This document shows, piece after piece, positions 13,336 to 25,205 of a stretch of 64,000 bases of DNA. Within the stretch, counting starts at the first letter, position 1, and each line of letters begins with the position of its first letter. This DNA comes from Octopus sinensis (taxonomy: Eukaryota). Where the stretch lies: positions 15,437,360 through 15,501,359 of the forward strand of contig NC_043019.1 in assembly GCF_006345805.1 (NCBI RefSeq). The letters run 5' to 3'. The notes beneath the pieces are model-generated. The model saw only the letters and a list, made by a program, of their open reading frames with translations. It was not told where the DNA came from and ran no database searches. Made by a program: the position numbers and the translations under genes.

Positions 13336-13397
<62 letters not shown>

Positions 13398-13779
13398 TAT
13401 ATATATTTATTTATATTATACTAGAACTCAAAGTTTGTCTGTTTTCCTGTTATTTGATTAAGATGATAAAGATTACAAATAAAATAGTCATTTCCCCCTT
13501 TAAGAACAAAAATTGAAATTGAAAATGTGGACACTTCAAAGAGTTGTCACAGCCACCCATCGTCTGTCCTTTTTCCTTACTTTGTTTTTTGTTCTCTTAA
13601 TCATTTATACAACTTTTGAACACCATGGACTGAATGATAGAAATTCTGCCTATACTTTTATGAGATATTCTCTTAATTATGGGCACTTGATTATTTTTTT
13701 TTCTTAGGGGAAAATTACTATTTTATTAAAAAGGAAATACTAATCTTTATCATTTCAATCGAAAGGCTGATAAACAAAC

Positions 13780-14430
13780 AGAAAAACTATCTCTGTATAG
13801 ATTAAGATCAGTTGCAGTTGGAGGAGTTGAATCTCATAAGAATGGAAAAACAAACAACAACAATTGGGTTGTACCTTATAAGGAAACTCTTTTAAGAGCA
13901 TTCAAATGCCATTGCAACATTCAAATCATTGCCTCAGTGAGGTAAATTAAGTACAATATCTGGTACACATTGAAAGGAAATGACCAAGGTGCTGTTCAAA
14001 TAAATAATGATAACAAAATTAGTCAATATCTAATGGGTAGGTATACTGGACCATCCGAAGCAGTTGCATCCATGCTAGGATTTTCAATTTACGAAAGAGC
14101 ATCTGCAATAGTGGGACTGCAAGTTCATCTCCTAGATGAACAAAGAATATTGCTCAGAAATGACGAGGATGTATATGGCTGTCAATGAACAACATATGAG
14201 AACAACATTGACAGAATTCTTTTTCATTGTGTTTCAATGATGACTTTGCAAAGACATTACCTTAGGCTGAAGTACCCATGTCTTCCACTTGGAACGGCAG
14301 GAACAAAGAACGGCAAAGAAGAAAGTGAAGTAAAAAGAGTTGAAGGCCATTTGAATATTTTCAAAGAAACACTTGGTTGTGTTTATGTTGTCACACCAAA
14401 GACAGGAGAACTGTATTATTTAAGAAGTTT
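13780..14430 (+). mobile_element. Helitron RepHel coding fragment (degenerate)
   Basis: Translates with stops and frameshifts to NNWVVPYKETLLRAFKCHCNIQ...KGND...ISQYLMGRYTGPSEAV..GFSIYER...LQVHL and LGCVYVVTPKTGELYYLRSL. These match conserved Helitron Rep-downstream motifs (WVVPYN..L..F.AHINVE; GRYIS..EA.WR; E.YYLR.LL). Confidence 0.75.
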
Positions 14431-14524
14431 ATTTGAAATAGTATTTGTTCCTTTCATGCCATGCATCAACAATATTTTCACCTTGGAGTGGTTGTGACCC
14501 AGCAGGTCATGGTGGGTACATCTC

Positions 14525-14560
<36 letters not shown>

Positions 14561-14586
14561 GTATGCATATGTATATATATTTATAC

Positions 14587-14621
<35 letters not shown>

Positions 14622-14626
<5 letters not shown>

Positions 14627-14768
14627 TCATCATCATCATCATCGTCGTTTAGTGTCCGTTTTCCATGCTAGCATGGGTTGGACGGTTCTACTGGGGTCTG
14701 TGAAGCCAGAAGGCTTCATCAGGCCCAGTCAAATCTGGCAGTGTTTCTACGGCTGGATGCCCTTCCTA
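14622..14768 (-). mobile_element. RTE 3'-tail fragment
   Basis: (CAT)n followed by the reverse-complement tail. Confidence 0.7.
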
Positions 14769-15185
14769 ATATATATATATATATATATATGCTTATGCAT
14801 ATATATTTACATGTATATATATAGAATTAAGAGATAGAACCTCCATAATGTAATTCAATTAATAATGAAAGATATTATCTATACTAAAATATAAATTTAA
14901 ATACATTATTGTACTAAAAATTGTACTAAAAATTGTACTAAAATTTTCTATACATTAAAAAAATACACATTAAAACTATGTTATTATTAATATTGTGTTG
15001 AAAATTTCTATACTAAATAATACACCTTAAAAAAATACACATTAAAATTACGACACACGTTTCATGACTATGCATACAAATCTACAATATCAAAATCGAT
15101 ACTCTCAAAAATTAATATTTCTTTGATCCAACGATACATAGCCACTCTTCAGGTCTATATATATATAATATATATATATATATAT

Positions 15186-15224
<39 letters not shown>

Positions 15225-15811
15225 TAAACATGTACAAGCTGATATTAAAGTTCCTGGACTAGTTCTGTTGTATGCCAACAGATGGCAGCACATGGCTGCG
15301 TGCGCAATGAGAGCTAGCAGTGACCTTCATGAGGCAGTGTGCCAAGTGACATCGCTGTGTTTACTTCACATGTTGTGAAATTTGTGTTTGTGATCGCATG
15401 TAAGCTGTAGTCTGTGATTTCGTCACAGACAGGAACAAAGAGCCAACATGAAATTTTGCGTTAACTTGGGAAAATCTCATCAGTTTGTTCCAGTCACGAG
15501 GTCAAACATTGCTGAAAGTTTCATCCAAATCCATCCAGCATTTCTTGAGATATCTTGTCCACAGACAAACAAACAAACAAACATGACTGAAAACAAAACC
15601 TCCACCTTCGCTAAGGTGGAGATAATAATAATAATAATAATTTATTTCTTTATTGCCCACAGGGGGCTAAACATAGAGGGGACAGACAAAGGGATTAAGT
15701 CAATTAAATCGACCCCTTTGCTTAACTGGTACTTATTTAATCGACCCTGAAAGGATGAAAGACAAAGTCGACCTTGGTGGAATTTGAACTCAGAACGTAA
15801 TGGCAGATGAA

Positions 15812-16072
15812 ATATAGTGCTCAGGTGCACTACAACTCATCAAAGGTGCATGTACAGTACTTAGAATTATGTACAAAAGTCAGGGAAGTGAACAGTGTAC
15901 GAGTCATGATATACAGGTGTGCATGCATATGGAGGTGGGATATCAGGTGTAGTGTTGGCAAATTTCAGGAAGTATGGAGGTTTTAAAGGATGCCAAGGCC
16001 TGACAGCTAACAACTGATGCCAGCAGTTTGTAACTCTGAGTGTGAAAAATGTTTCCGAAAGTCATGGGAGAT
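15812..16072 (-). mobile_element. CR1-like LINE 3' end
   Basis: Reverse complement of the family seen at 2690..3080 and 35275..35600. Confidence 0.7.
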
Positions 16073-16534
16073 GTACTATTTTCTGGCTTTGTAAGTACCA
16101 GTTAAGCACTGGGGTTGATGTAATCAACATTCCCTGCACCCTAACCAAAAAAAAAAAAAAAATTTCAGGTCTTCTGCCTACAGTAGAAAGAATTATTATT
16201 ATTGAGGCGATCCACTGGCAGAACCATTTCTATGCCAGAGAAAATGTTTAGTGCCATTCCTCCTGGTTTTATGATCTCACTGAGGTCAGCCTTGCCTGCC
16301 ATCCTTTCGGGGTCAATGAAATAAATACCAGTTGAGTACTGGGGGTGCAGGTGGGGGTCAATGCAATCGGCTAAACTCTCCCACTAAAATTGCTGGCCTT
16401 GGCCCAAAATTTGAGACAGCTATTTTTAGCAGTGGTGGAGGGGTGCGGCGGTGGTGGTGGCCTTAGTGGTGGTGGTAGTAGTAGTAGTAGTAATAGTAGT
16501 AGTAGTAGTAGTAGCGGTGGCGGTGGTGGTGGTG

Positions 16535-16584
<50 letters not shown>

Positions 16585-16811
16585 TTTGCCTAAACGTCAT
16601 TCCAATTCAATGTTTTTTGTTGATGTTTTGTTTTGTTGTTTTTTTTTGTTTTATTATCAGGAAATGTAATTTATTAAAATCTCCAAACTTCACAGCAATT
16701 TTCAGTTTTCTAATTAAACCAGTAATCAAATTACAATAATTGCACCTCTCCACTTTACTCCACCCCCTATCCTGCACCCCCCATCACTCTTTTGCTCTCA
16801 CACTCTCTCTT

Positions 16812-16846
<35 letters not shown>

Positions 16847-17051
16847 TTCCTCATCTCCCCTCTTTTCATCCCCCTCTCTCTCTTTGTCAGTCTCTCCTCT
16901 TCATTCATATGCTTACAGCTTCTAATATTTTCTTCCTCATTACTCATCTGTAATTCTTGCATGTGTGTGTGTGTGTGTAGATATAGATATATACATACTT
17001 TTTTTGTTGAATTTTCTATCACAGAACAGTATATGTGTGTGTGTGTGTGTG

Positions 17052-17092
<41 letters not shown>

Positions 17093-17093
<1 letters not shown>

Positions 17094-17222
17094 TTGTCAT
17101 TTAATGTCCACCTTCCAGGCTGGCCTGGGTTGGACGGGTTGGCTGAGGGCTGGCAAGCCAGAAGGCTTCAAAGTTTCTACAGCTGGATGCCCTTCCTAAT
17201 GCCAACCACTCCAAGAGTGTAA
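17093..17222 (-). mobile_element. RTE 3'-tail fragment
   Basis: Reverse-complement tail. Confidence 0.65.
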
Positions 17223-17339
17223 TTAATGGGTGCTATATATGTATGTATGTATAGGTATGTTTATATATTGATAGATAGATAGATATATGTATGTATGTAT
17301 ATTTTTATATATATATATATATGCATATATTTATATATA

Positions 17340-17665
17340 AGCTGAGACCCCCTTCGGTCATGACTGACCATGGCATTGCACCTAGAAAGTTACCCTCCCA
17401 GGCACAAGTTTGGGCAAGGTTGTTTTTATGGAAGACCAGCAGTCGCCCATGCATACCGGCCTCCCCTCTCCACGCCACCGATGTTATCCAAGGGAAAGGC
17501 AAAGGCCGATACAGCTTGGCACCAGTGACGTCCAGCTGAGTGAACTAGAGCAACCTGAAATAAAGTGTCTTGCTCAAGAACACAACACGCAGCCCAGACA
17601 AGGAACTGAACTCACAACCTCATGATTGTAAGCTCGACGCTCTAATCACTGAGCCATGAGCCTTC
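17340..17665 (-). mobile_element. SINE (family C-related, with CTAGAAAGTTACCCTCC body)
   Basis: Minus-strand tRNA-like head at 17600-17665; body shared in opposite orientation with 46440..46720. Confidence 0.65.
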
Positions 17666-18660
17666 ACTTTACTTTATATATATAAATACACACACACACA
17701 CACACACACATCCATATTTAAACTAACAAATAAAAAGCAGAAATAAAATAATTGATAAAAGATTTAATGAAATGCAGTGAGATAACGAGAGAACCGATGA
17801 CAATAAAATGCGGTAAACGAGATGACAATAAAAGAGCTAATAGAAGGAAATAAAATGAAATGATCATAAAAGAGACGATGAGAATATGAAAGGGAGGAAA
17901 GCAGCACCATTAGGCAAGGTAGCTCTTAATTCTGAATTTTAAAGAGATCATGTGCGTGAGCAAGTGTGAAAGAACGTGTACACAGGTGTGTCAAAAATAA
18001 ATAGACACCTCTTGTTAAGATGTTTTATCTGTGCTGACATTATTTAGTTCATTGAACAAACAGGTTAAATAATTAAAAGACTACATAAAGCATGTCTTCT
18101 AAATATTAGGTTAAGTATTTAAATGCTTCGAATTATGTTATTTTGTTTCTAGAAATAATTCTTTCAAAAAATGCTAGTGTCTATTTACTTTTGAGCTGCT
18201 CATTTATATGTTTATACATGAAAAGGTGTAATCTTACGTGTGTGTGTCTGTATGTGTGTGTGTGTGTGTGTGCACAGCTCTGTGTGTTTGAACTCCTGTA
18301 TGTGTGTGTGTACATGTGCATGTGTATGTGCACCTGTATTGAGCGTATGTGCCTGTATGTGTGTGTGTAAGTGTATGTGCCTGTATGTGTGTGTGTAAGT
18401 GTATGTGCCTGTATGTGTGTGCACCTGTATGTGTGTGTGTGTGTGTGCACACCTGTATGGAATTATAGTAAATGAAAAAAACTGAAACACCTTTGATTGC
18501 AGGTCTCCTTGATAAGGGCCTACTTGGGGTCAAATAGTAACAACAGCAACACAGTGTGTTAGGTGGGTTGTAAGTCAATTGTTTAACGTTGAAAGATCAA
18601 CCTCTTCCTTCATCACGTGATTAATGTGGGTTTTTTTTCCATATTTTTGTATTTTTGCAG

Positions 18661-18783
18661 GAATCCGACTAACATTGCGCGGTAAAGTACACATAGAATG
18701 GAAGATTATGAGAACTGGAGAGCGCCGGACGGTGAAGCAAGACCATTATTACATTGATGACAAAACTGTTATTTGGGGGAAAG
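18661..18783 (+). CDS. alpha-arrestin coding exon 2
   Basis: Acceptor tttttgcAG at 18659-60, donor AAAG|GTAACT at 18784. 123 nt, phase 1 to 1. Encodes (G)IRLTLRGKVHIEWKIMRTGERRTVKQDHYYIDDKTVIWGK. Confidence 0.93.
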
Positions 18784-18974
18784 GTAACTGTCTCCTTTAT
18801 CTGTTTTTTTGTTTGTTTTGGGGTTTTTGTTTTTTTCATTGTGACACCTGCTTATGGAATCAGAAAAAGCAATGCAGTACCCATGACTTTTGAAAATATA
18901 TCTTTCTCACTCAGAATTGTCGAAGCATGAAATAAACTACCCATATCAGTTGTTAGCTGTCAGGACACTCATTA

Positions 18975-19680
18975 TCATCATCATCAGCGTAGTTTAATGT
19001 CCACTTTCCATGCTGGCATGGGTTGGATGGTTTGACTGAGGACTGGTGAGCCAGAGGCTACACCAGGCTCAATCTGATCTGGCAAAGTTTCTACAGCTGA
19101 ATGTCCTTCCACACGCCAATGACTCTGAGAGTGTAGTGGGCCCTTTTACGTACCACTGATACAAGGGCAGTCAGGCAGTTCTGGCAACGATCATGCTCAA
19201 AAGGTGTTTTTTATGTGCTACCTGCATGGGAACCAGTCCAGCGGCACAAGCAACAACCACGCTCAAATGTTTTTCATGTGCCTGTAAGGCAACGCTGGCA
19301 ACAATCACGCTCGAATGGTGCGTTTACATTCCACTGGCATGGAAGCCAAGCCGTGGCCCTGGCAACGATCACGCTCGGATGTGCTTTTAACGTTCCACTG
19401 GCACAAGTGCCAATCAGGCAGTACTGTCATCAGCCACATCAGCAATTTTGATTTCACTTGCCTCAATGTCTTCACAAGCAAAGTTTATTGTCCAATGAAT
19501 GAGGGGTATTCATAAATGAGCTGGTTACACCCACTGGCATAGGCCACGAGCTATGGTCTCACTTGGCTTGTTTGGTCTTCTCAAGCACAGCATATCTCCA
19601 AAGGTCTCGGTCACTAGTCATTGCTTTGGTGAGGCCCAATGTTCGAAAGGTCATGCTTCACCACCTCATCCCAGGTTTTT
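18975..19680 (-). mobile_element. RTE-clade LINE 3' fragment
   Basis: Reverse complement of the ORF end and 3' UTR seen at 60240..60730 and 43900..44405. Confidence 0.8.
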
Positions 19681-19868
19681 AAAAAAGTAAATACTGGGGT
19701 CAGTTTGTTTGACTACAGCCTTTCCAAGCATTGCTACAGCATGGCCACACTCCAATGACTACAACCAGTAGAAGACTAAAAGCAGTACCTTTTTATTTTT
19801 TATATTTTTATTCATTTAGTCATTTATTCATGTATTTATTTATTTATGTTATGTGTTTTTTTTTGCAG

Positions 19869-20098
19869 ATAAGAATGAAGAAGGTAGTGTCCCAATTCTA
19901 CCCCGAGGAAACCATCGTTACCCGTTCCAGTTCCAACTACCAGAATCAGCCTTACCGTGTTCTTTTGAGAGTAAAATGGCTACCATACGTTATTATCTCC
20001 GAGTTGTCATTGATATGCCATATGCTTCATCTCCACAAGGGATTAAGTATTTCACTATAATCGGTCCTCATATAGACTGCATGGATGAGAGGTTTTTG
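19869..20098 (+). CDS. alpha-arrestin coding exon 3
   Basis: Acceptor ttttgcAG, donor TTG|GTAAGA at 20099. 230 nt, phase 1 to 0. Contains the hallmark LPxGxHxYPFxFQLP-x-xLPCSFE and IRYYLRVVID motifs. Confidence 0.95.
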
Positions 20099-20227
20099 GT
20101 AAGATAAAGAAATTATTTATTGCTTACAAAAATATGTTACAGAATATCTATGTTTATCATTCTACACATCCTATATAACTCCCAGCCTTGGAGATGCCAA
20201 GTTGTTATTATGATAGAATGGTAAAGA

Positions 20228-20610
20228 GGCGTAGGAGTGGCTGTGTGGTAAGTAGCTTGCTTACCAACAACATGGTTCCGGGTTCAGTCCCACTGCATAG
20301 CACCTTAGGCAAATGTCTTCTACTATAGCCTCGGGCCGACCAAAGCCTTGTGAGTGGATTTGGTAGACGGAAATTGAAAGAAGCCCGTCGTGTATATGTA
20401 TCTGTATGTGTTTGTGTGTCTGTGTTTGTCCCCCCAACATCACTTGACAACCGATGCTGGTGTGTTTACGTCCCCGTAACTTAGCGGTTCGGCAAAAGAG
20501 ACCAATGGAATAAGTACTAGGCTTACAAAGAATAAGTTCTGGGGTCGATTTGCTCGGCTAAAGGCGGTGCTCCAGCATGGCCACAGTCAAATTACTGAAA
20601 CAAGTAAAAG
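20228..20610 (+). mobile_element. tRNA-derived SINE family A, near full length
   Basis: A-box-like TGGCTGTGTGG and B-box-like GGTTCAGTCCC, internal AT/GT microsatellite, 3' ACTGAAACAAGTAAAAG. More than 10 related copies in the window. Confidence 0.85.
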
Positions 20611-20817
20611 AGAAAGAGAGGCGATCTTAGCTAAAATCTATAAACATAATTGCATGAAATTTAACAGATATGAAGTGGTTTGAGCCCAGTCTGGAGCAGA
20701 TTTTCAGGCTGGTTTTGGGGTGTGATATCGTGTTCGTGATGAGATGTTGATTGAGAAATAAAGTATCCAGTTGTCTATGTTTGTTCATTCTCTAAATGTC
20801 CCTTTTTGGAATTACTT

Positions 20818-20972
20818 TATCATCTTTCATTATCATCGTTTAGAATTTGCTTTCCATGCTGGCATGGGTTAGACGGTTTGACAGGAGCTGCCCAGGCAGA
20901 CGACTGCACCAGACTTCTGTGTCTGTTTTGGGCATGGGTTTTATGGCTGGATGCCCTTCCTAACACCAGCCA
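20818..20972 (-). mobile_element. RTE 3'-tail fragment
   Basis: Reverse-complement tail. Confidence 0.65.
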
Positions 20973-21356
20973 TGGTGGTGGTGGTGGTGGTGACAGTGAT
21001 GGTGGTTGTTGCTTGGTGGTGGTGGTGGTGGTGGTGGTGGTGGTGATTTATGTGTGTATATGTATATATATTATTCAAGGGGGACATGCTCATCTCTTTG
21101 TCTGTATGTATGTCTGTCTGTCTGTTTACCTATCAGTCTCTCTCTCTCCTCTCTCTTTCTCTCTCTCTCTCTCTTTCTTTCTTTCTCTCTGTTTCTCTAA
21201 TGTTACAAATATTCTAAATATTGAATATATCTACCTCTCTCTTTTTCTCACTCTCTTTTTGTTTCTCTCTCTCTCCCCCTCTTTCTCAAATGTTACAAAT
21301 ATTCCACTTATTGAATACATCTACCTGTCTCTCTCTCTTTCTCTCAATCTCCCTCC

Positions 21357-21390
<34 letters not shown>

Positions 21391-21470
21391 ATTTATCATC
21401 ACCTACCTGTCTCTCTGTTTGTCTGTCTCCAGTCTTACAAATGTTCTAAACGTTGACTGTCTCCTTGCAG

Positions 21471-21650
21471 AGCCCTCAGGAAGCACAAGATAAGAACAAC
21501 AACTGCTGCTTCTGTTGTGGAACTGGTCCATTAGTGCTCAAGGCTACTCTTGACCGAAGTGGCTATTGTTGCGGAGAAAACATCAGGCTGAAGGCTGAGA
21601 TACAGAACAACAGTGATGAAAATGTCTGGTTGGTGTGCAAGCTAATGCAG
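21471..21650 (+). CDS. alpha-arrestin coding exon 4 (start of arrestin-C domain)
   Basis: Acceptor ctccttgcAG, donor CAG|GTAAGA at 21651. 180 nt, phase 0. Encodes SPQEAQDKNNNCCFCCGTGPLVLKATLDRSGYCCGENIRLKAEIQNNS... Confidence 0.95.
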
Positions 21651-21705
21651 GTAAGACACACACACACACACTTACACACACACACACACATACAAACTTA
21701 CACAT

Positions 21706-21741
<36 letters not shown>

Positions 21742-22184
21742 TTACACACACACACATATATATATAAACTTACACATACATACACACACACATGCATGCA
21801 TGCATCCATGTGTGTTTTTATGTATAACTGCACCTGAAGACGTGCAAATATTAAGAGCACTCTGTGCATAAAAGCAGAGTATGTAGTGTGAATATGAATC
21901 TGCATTTTACTCTGCTACTCTGCAAATGTTGAAGTGACTTGAAAGTGTTGCTCAAGATTGACTTCATCAGAGTGTACAACATATATTAATATATACATAC
22001 ATGTACATTCAAACACACAAGAGATGACTCATAATAGGACATCTGACTCACTAGAAAGAGCAGTTAAACCTCCAAGCCACTAATAGTCGCAATTCTGTAC
22101 AGTCTATTGACTAAATTTTTCCTTAAAATGAACCTACATTTTTGTTTTGTCTTTTTCTGATATACTTCTCCTCTTCTGTTGCAG

Positions 22185-22385
22185 TACGTGCAATTCTTCA
22201 TTAACAAAGGGGTGCTGGGCTTAAATAAAGACACATCTCACAAAGTATTTGAGGTAGAAGGTAGCTCTGTAGCCCCTTTTACCACAGCCAGAATCGATGA
22301 CCTCTCCCAACAGCTTCAAGTTCCTGTTATGCCCCCAACTCTACTCCATGTTTGCCAGAATGTTGAGATATTCTATTCACTAAAA
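22185..22385 (+). CDS. alpha-arrestin coding exon 5
   Basis: Acceptor ttctgttgcAG, donor AAA|GTAAGT at 22386. 201 nt, phase 0. Encodes YVQFFINKG...LQVPVMPPTLLHVCQNVEIFYSLK. Confidence 0.93.
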
Positions 22386-22582
22386 GTAAGTATTTTTTTT
22401 TTAAATTTTATTTTCTTACAGGTTTCTGTCATAAATTGTCTTTTTACCTGCTGACATTTGTAAATAACGGTTACTAGCAGAAAAAGAAATAGGTTCAATG
22501 CCTCAGACTTATGAAGAGAAGAGGTGAAAAAGATTTTCTGATGTTCATGCAAAGATGTGTTTTTTTGCAAGAATATTATTAA

Positions 22583-22936
22583 CCCTTTCGTTATCCTATT
22601 TATTTTGAGATGCTCTGTGTTTCTTTCAATTAATTTTAACCCTTTAGTGTTCGCATTATTCTGCCAAAATTAATGCTTTTTCATCTACATTGTTTTGAAC
22701 TAATCATACATTATCTTGTAACTATGAGATTTTGATGAGGCAGTTGTTAATTTTTAAAACAATATTGTAGGGTTGGTGTGAGAGACCAGCTCTGGCAAGT
22801 GTGAACATAAAACAGGCAGAATACTTTTGGCCGGATATAACCGGTTTAAATGCTAAAGGGTTAAATGTAACAAAGAATTTAATAAAATAACTTAGGTATC
22901 ATTAAGCTAGTGTTAGGAACATAAATTGTGACTAAG
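22583..22936. mobile_element. truncated piggyBac-like MITE family 1 carrying a nested family-2 MITE
   Basis: TTAA|CCCTTTCGTTAT start. The interior is the reverse complement of 2139..2360 and is interrupted by 22640..22860. Confidence 0.75.
22640..22860. mobile_element. piggyBac-like MITE (family 2)
   Basis: TTAA duplication at 22636-39 and 22861-64. TIRs CCCTTTAG..TT / AATGCTAAAGGG. Confidence 0.8.
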
Positions 22937-22968
22937 TGTAAAACACAGGACCACAGCATAAGGCATAG

Positions 22969-23290
22969 CTTGGGTTCAATGATTTTGACTGAGGGCTGGC
23001 AAACCAGATGGCTGCACCAGGCTCCAATCTTGATTTGGCAGAGTTTCTACAGCTGGATGCCCTTCCTAACGCCAACCACTCCGAGAGTGTAGTGGGTGTT
23101 TTTTACGTGCCACTGGCACAGGTGCCAGTAAGGCGCTGTTGATAACAATCACACTCGAATGGTGCCCTTTTATGTGCCACCGGCACGGAAGCCAGTTGGC
23201 TGCTCTGGCGGCGGTCACGCTCGGATGGTGCTCTTGGCACCCTACTAGCACGGGCACAAGTGCCAGTAAGGCGACGCTGGTAACGATCGT
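22969..23290 (-). mobile_element. RTE 3'-tail fragment
   Basis: Reverse-complement tail and UTR subrepeats. Confidence 0.7.
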
Positions 23291-23299
23291 ATATATATA

Positions 23300-23570
23300 T
23301 ATATATACACTACACTACAGCTCTATGCCTTATACTGTAAGTCTATGCCTTATTCTGTGGTCCTCTGTTTTACACTGCTACTCTATGTCTTATTCTGCAG
23401 CTTTATCCCTCTTATTACAGTGTTATGCCTTTATACTGTAAGTCTATGCCTTATGCTGTGGTCCTGTGTTTTATAGTACAGCTCTATGCCTTATTCTGCA
23501 TCTTTATGCCTTTTATTACAGTGCTATGCCTTATACTGTAAGTGTATGCCTTATGCTATGGCCTTATATT
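23300..23570 (+). repeat. minisatellite with ~16-bp core (TATGCCTTAT.CTG) and a ~100-bp higher-order repeat
   Basis: Repeated CTATGCCTTAT units. Confidence 0.85.
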
Positions 23571-24069
23571 TGTATTTAATTAATACTACATCACCCAGAT
23601 ATGTTCTTTCTTTACTGAGGAAGTAGAGAGTGTGAAGAAGGTTTGGCTGCTATTTCTATTTCTAAGAAGTGAAGCAACAGCATAGAACAGACTTGGCCAA
23701 CTCGAATTACATTGCGGTCCACTTTAATCACAGAAAGTTTTTTGAGGGCCGCTTGCACTCTGACAGAATTGAAAGCATTTTGCTTTCTCATGCTTATTAT
23801 TACAATAATCGTTGACTCAACATGAAACATTATCATTGCTAAAACAGAATCTTTCTTTCTTTTTCTACTTTTCATTACAATCTTTCATTTTTGATAAAAA
23901 ATTTTTAAATGTTTGTTTAAATAAACCTATTTCAACAAAGTATCAAGTGGGCCACAAGATAAAGGGCTTCGGGCCACATGGGGACTCTCTCATTAGCTAA
24001 TAACTGTCATTTTTGTTGTTGTTGCTGCTGTTGTTGTTGTTGTTTATTTCTCTGTATTGTATATCTTAG

Positions 24070-24181
24070 GTATATCTACACATGGAAAAAACTGGTGACG
24101 TCCTCCATATTGAATTCCCAATAACAATCGGAACAGTTCCTTTCCGTATTCCAAACAGTCCAGCCCCTGAAGTCAGATATG
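24070..24181 (+). CDS. alpha-arrestin coding exon 6 (missed by ORF track)
   Basis: Acceptor atatcttAG at 24068-69, donor TATG|GTGAGT at 24182. 112 nt, phase 0 to 1. Encodes VYLHMEKTGDVLHIEFPITIGTVPFRIPNSPAPEVRY, including the arrestin-C end motif PITIGTVP. Confidence 0.93.
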
Positions 24182-24442
24182 GTGAGTATTAACCACCTCC
24201 TTGTTTTTGTTGCTGCTGTTTTTGTTGTTGTTGTTAAGCAACAAGACAGGGTGTAAGGGTGATTAGGTGATGGTCTAGGGCTTAGGGACGGGAGACCCCA
24301 GACCTTGGAAAAAAAAACTTTGGTCGTCTTGTTGTAATCGAGGACTCTTCGTTGACGCCCGACACCAATGGGAGGTGGCCCTCGAAGTCGCTGGAAATGG
24401 AGATCTCCAGGTTCAAATTCTTGAACAGCTGTTGTTGCTGCT

Positions 24443-24473
<31 letters not shown>

Positions 24474-24820
24474 ATGATGATGTTGTTGTTATGTATGAGG
24501 AGAGGATTGCATTGTTGCAGAGTCATCAAACAAACATAAAAACATTCAAACACACACACACACACACGAACACACACACACACACACATACAAACACACA
24601 CCACACACATTTATAAACACTTATCTATAAATACACATACACATTCATTATACACAGACCCACACATTCATAAAGAGACACACAATCACATTCATAAACA
24701 CATACAAGCACACACACATATATGTGCATATTCAGAAGTGCACATTCACAAATATACACATGTGACTATAGATATATTCATAAAAAATATATATACACAC
24801 ATACATATACATATAAGCAC

Positions 24821-25205
24821 AGGAGTGGCTGTGTGGTAAGAAGCTTGCTTCCCAACCACATGATTCCGGGTTCAGTCCCACTGTGTAGCACCTTGGACAA
24901 GTGTCTTCTACTATAGCCTCAGGCCAACTAAAGCCTTGTGAGTGGATATGGTAGATGGAAACTGAAAGAAGCCCATCGTGTATATATATATATATGTATG
25001 TATATATTTATGTGTTTGTCCCTCCCACCATCGCTTGACAACAGATGCTGGTGTGTTTATGTACCTGTAACTTAGCAGTCAGGGAAAAGAGACTGATAGA
25101 ATAAGTACTAGGTTTCCAAAGAATAAGTCCTGGGGTCAATTTGTTTGACTAAAGGCAGTGCTCCAGCATGGCTGCATTCAAATGAGTGAAACAAGTAAAA
25201 GAATA
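24821..25205 (+). mobile_element. SINE family A
   Basis: Colinear with 20228..20610. Confidence 0.85.
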
